A DNA stretch of 64,000 nucleotides, taken from the NCBI RefSeq assembly GCF_963506605.1, contig NC_083288.1:28830001-28894000 (forward strand). The letters run 5' to 3'. The notes under the pieces are model-generated. The model had not been told where the DNA came from, ran no database searches, and saw nothing but the letters and a program-made list of their open reading frames with translations. The DNA comes from Zootoca vivipara. Lineage: Eukaryota. This document shows, piece by piece, positions 60,825-64,000 of this stretch. A program made the position numbers and the translations under genes. The first letter of the stretch is position 1. Every line of letters begins with the position of its first letter.

Positions 60825-61125
60825 ATGTGTCCATGAAATCTTCTGTAATCTGCAGTGCCCAGCACAATATGTGTATGTTCTAGAATATTTCTAGATTTTT
60901 TCCTTGCAGCATTTGTTGTATGTAAATTTTCTTTGCAGCTCTCCAAACACACTCTAACAGTTTGTTACTGGATCTTGTCATATGTACATCCATGCCCATG
61001 AACCCATATCTGAGATGCATAAAACCTTTATTCTTTTTAGTGTGCGTTGTTGTTTCCTTTATTGTGGGTTATGGCTTGTTCCAGTAGTTATATAGAAAGA
61101 ACATGTGATGAACCTCTTTCTCGTG

Positions 61126-61364
61126 CAGGTAAGATTCACATTCTATTGTCTGAGCTTGACAGTCCCTCCCCTTACCTGGCTAGTTCCCTGGCAACACCTC
61201 CCCAGGCGGGATTAGATGATTGGCTGGGGTAGGCGGAGACCACAGGTATCCAGCCTGGGAAGGTAGTGCCACTTCTGAACTACCAGGGAGTCACTCTGGG
61301 GATCCAGGGGGCTGTGTGCAACCACGCAAAAGTCGTCCCCCATTTAATGTGGGGAGCGGTCATT
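61126..61364. repeat. Second copy of the ~230-bp CAGGTAAG...CTTACCTG module
   Basis: Colinear with 7139-7362 and has the same start and end points. Confidence 0.75.
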
Positions 61365-61664
61365 TTGAACAACCTTCTGAGAGGCATGTATCAGTCCCTC
61401 TCTGTCCATCCAAGGAATGAAGAAGCACTGTCAAACTTCAAGGAAACATTTCAGACAGGTAAAACCACCCAAGGAATGTGTAAAGCAATACTGGTATATG
61501 ATGTGGCCAAGGGAAAGCCTTAATAGAGAGGAGTAGAGGGATCACCCTTAGCCCTCAGGTCTGAGGTGCACCACCCCTGTTCTAAGAAGTCATCCATAAT
61601 TTGTAATAGCCAGGTGAACTTTGCTTGCCTTTTGTGCTCATTGTCACAACTACAAAGATGAATA

Positions 61665-61949
61665 CAGTGGTGCCTTGACTTACAAATTTAATCCGTTCCG
61701 AAGGCACCTTCGTAGGTCGAAAAATTCGTAAGTCGAAAAGCGCCATTGGAAATGTGATTTCCCATAGGAATGCATTGGAAACGGAAAAATTCGTAAGTTG
61801 AAGCAACCCTATCTAAAAATTCATAAGTCGAAAAAAACCGCCACAGCTTCTGTTCGGATATCTAGGAATTCATAAGCGTGCGGCCATTTGCCCCATTCGT
61901 AAGTCAAAAAATTTGGTTGTCGAGTCATTCGTAAGTCGAGGTATCACTG
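61665..61949. mobile_element. Tc1/mariner-type MITE
   Basis: TA-CAGTGGTGCCTTGACTTAC...GTAAGTCGAGGTATCACTG-TA, with internal TTCGTAAGTCGA repeats. Confidence 0.8.
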
Positions 61950-62289
61950 TAATACAATTCATAGGATCCCCAAATATTCACTAGCAAGGAAGTTTCTTGG
62001 ACAACCCATTTGGCTGTAATTTATATTGTAACAGTTGCTTATTGAGCCAATAAACTAATTCCAATATCTGACAGAACTTGCATGCTTTTTGGTAACCTCT
62101 TCTAAATCAAGGTAGCAAGATGTGATGCATTTCCCCTTCCTATTCCCTGGCTAAGTTTCACCACCAGATGTGGCCAAAGCATCTACAATTCTAAAACTGA
62201 ACTATAGGCAGTTATTGCCTGTCTATAAAACAATAAACAGGGTGGCAATACAATGATTACTGCAATTGAAACAAGATAATACCACCAAC

Positions 62290-63430
62290 CAATTATGGAG
62301 AAAGCTAGAGAGTTCCAGAAAAACGTCTACTTCTGCTTCATTGACTATGCAAAAGCCTTTGACTGTGTCGACCACAACAAACTATGGCAAGTTCTTAAAG
62401 AAATGGGAGTGCCTGATCACCTCATCTGTCTCCTGAGAAATCTCTATGTAGGGCAAGAAGCTACAGTTAGAACTGGATATGGAACAACTGATTGGTTCAA
62501 AATTGGGAAAGGAGTACGACAAGGTTGTATATTGTCTCCCTGCTTATTTAACTTATATGCAGAATTCATCATGCGAAAGGCTGGACTAGATGAATCCCAA
62601 GCCGGATTTAAGATTGCCGGAAGAAATATCAACAACCTCAGATATGCAGATGACACAACCTTGATGGCAGAAAGCGAGGAGGAATTAAAGAACCTTTTAA
62701 TGAGGGTGAAAGAGGAGAGCGCAAAATATGGTCTGAAGCTCAACATCAAAAAAACCAAGATCATGGCCACTGGTCCCATCACCTCCTGGCAAATGGAAGG
62801 GGAAGAAATGGAGACAGTGAGAGATTTTACTTTCTTGGGCTCCTTGATCACTGCAGATGGTGACAGCAGTCACGAAATTAAAAGACGCCTGCTTCTTGGG
62901 AGAAAAGCAATGACAAACCTAGACAGCATCTTAAAAAGCAGAGACATCACTTTGCCAACAAAGGTCCGTATAGTTAAAGCTATGGTTTTCCCAGTAGTGA
63001 TGTATGGAAGTGAGAGCTGGACCATAAAGAAGGCTGATCGTCGAAGAATTGATGCTTTTGAATTATGGTGCTGGAGGAGACTCTTGAGAGTCCCATGGAC
63101 TGCTAGAAGATCAAACCTATCCATTCTTAAGGAAATCAGCCCTGAGTGCTCCTTGGAAGGACAGATCGTGAAGCTGAGGCTCCAATACTTTGGCCACCTC
63201 ATGAGAAGAGAAGAATCCTTGGAAAAGACCCTGATGTTGGGAAAGATTGAGGGCACTAGGAGAAGGGGACGACAGAGGACAAGATGGTTGGACAGTGTTC
63301 TCGAAGCTACGAACATGAGTTTGACCAAACTGCGGGAGGCAGTGCAAGACAGGAGTGCCTGGCGTGCTATGGTCCATGGAGTCACGAAGAGTCGGACACG
63401 ACTAAACGACTAAACAACAACAACAACAAC
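62290..63430 (+). mobile_element. RTE-BovB LINE, 5'-truncated, with an uninterrupted 372-aa RT C-terminal ORF (62295-63413)
   Basis: FIDYAKAFDCV, GVRQGCILSP, LRYADDTTL, ELWCWRRLLRVPW and HGVTKSRTRL. (CAA)n tail. TSD AATACCACCAAC (62278-62289 / 63431-63442). Confidence 0.95.
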
Positions 63431-64000
63431 AATACCACCAACAATGGTGCAGTAAATAAAGAGTTCACTTGTAATTGTTCAAGATATAATCTATTTTGGA
63501 AAGAAAAGAAATGAACAGTGAACCACTGATATATTACGAGTACAAGTGAACTCTGTATTTAAAGAAACTACTTTTGTCATTTTTATGAAGGTTTCTGGTT
63601 TGTTTACAGATTACTGCCTATCTAGCATGTTTTATTTATGTATGGAAATGCTTTTACCTTATGCTGGTCTAGGACCATAATAAAGATTTGGAATTTGGAA
63701 TGTACAGTTCTTGTATGTTACTTTAAGTGATGTATGCATTCATATGAACACTTTCCCCTAGTATAAAACAACTGGAGAAATGTGAATTTCAAATGGTGGC
63801 TATATTTTAATTTGTGTATTGTTTTGGAAAGTGCAAATTTTGCAAATTTGCCTTAAAATGTGATGTGAAAACTTCTCCAGTCAGGCATTTAAAAGCTCAA
63901 GTGCATATTCCTAATCTGATAAATAGAAAAGAAAACTTCTATTCAGATGTGATAAACATGTTTTCTTTTGCAATTCCACGGGGAATTCCCACATTTGACT

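Noticed and set aside
62444-63385. Long antisense ORFs (135 and 171 aa) opposite BovB
   Set aside because: Shadow frames of the RT coding strand, with no independent motifs.

Overview
Eukaryotic, intron-containing DNA, most likely from a squamate. The Sauria/Squam1, Squam3-like and tRNA-Lys/CR1-tailed SINEs together with BovB and CR1 point to a lacertid-type lizard (inference). The window is a chemosensory cluster in which class-A olfactory receptor (OR) genes and six-exon class-C vomeronasal type-2 receptor (V2R) genes are interleaved: OR(+) V2R-A(+) OR(+) OR(+) V2R-B(-) V2R-C(-) OR(-) V2R-D(+), then what looks like the promoter of a further V2R at the right edge. I rebuilt all four V2R exon chains by hand from GT-AG sites. 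A, B and D are intact. C has a single 49-bp frameshifting deletion in exon 3. The fourth OR is one base out of frame with its apparent start codons. Non-coding DNA is full of mobile elements: hAT and Tc1/mariner-type MITEs, three SINE families, CR1, L2, BovB, LTR/DIRS-like elements and a poly(A) retro-insert. The main finds are (i) the interdigitated OR/V2R layout, (ii) a conserved V2R upstream module with O/E(EBF)-like and homeodomain motifs, the regulatory grammar known from OR genes, (iii) a Penelope-like insertion with a hammerhead-ribozyme core in a V2R intron, and (iv) a repeated element pairing a consensus splice donor with its own U1-like complement. Family names are from memory, not from database searches.
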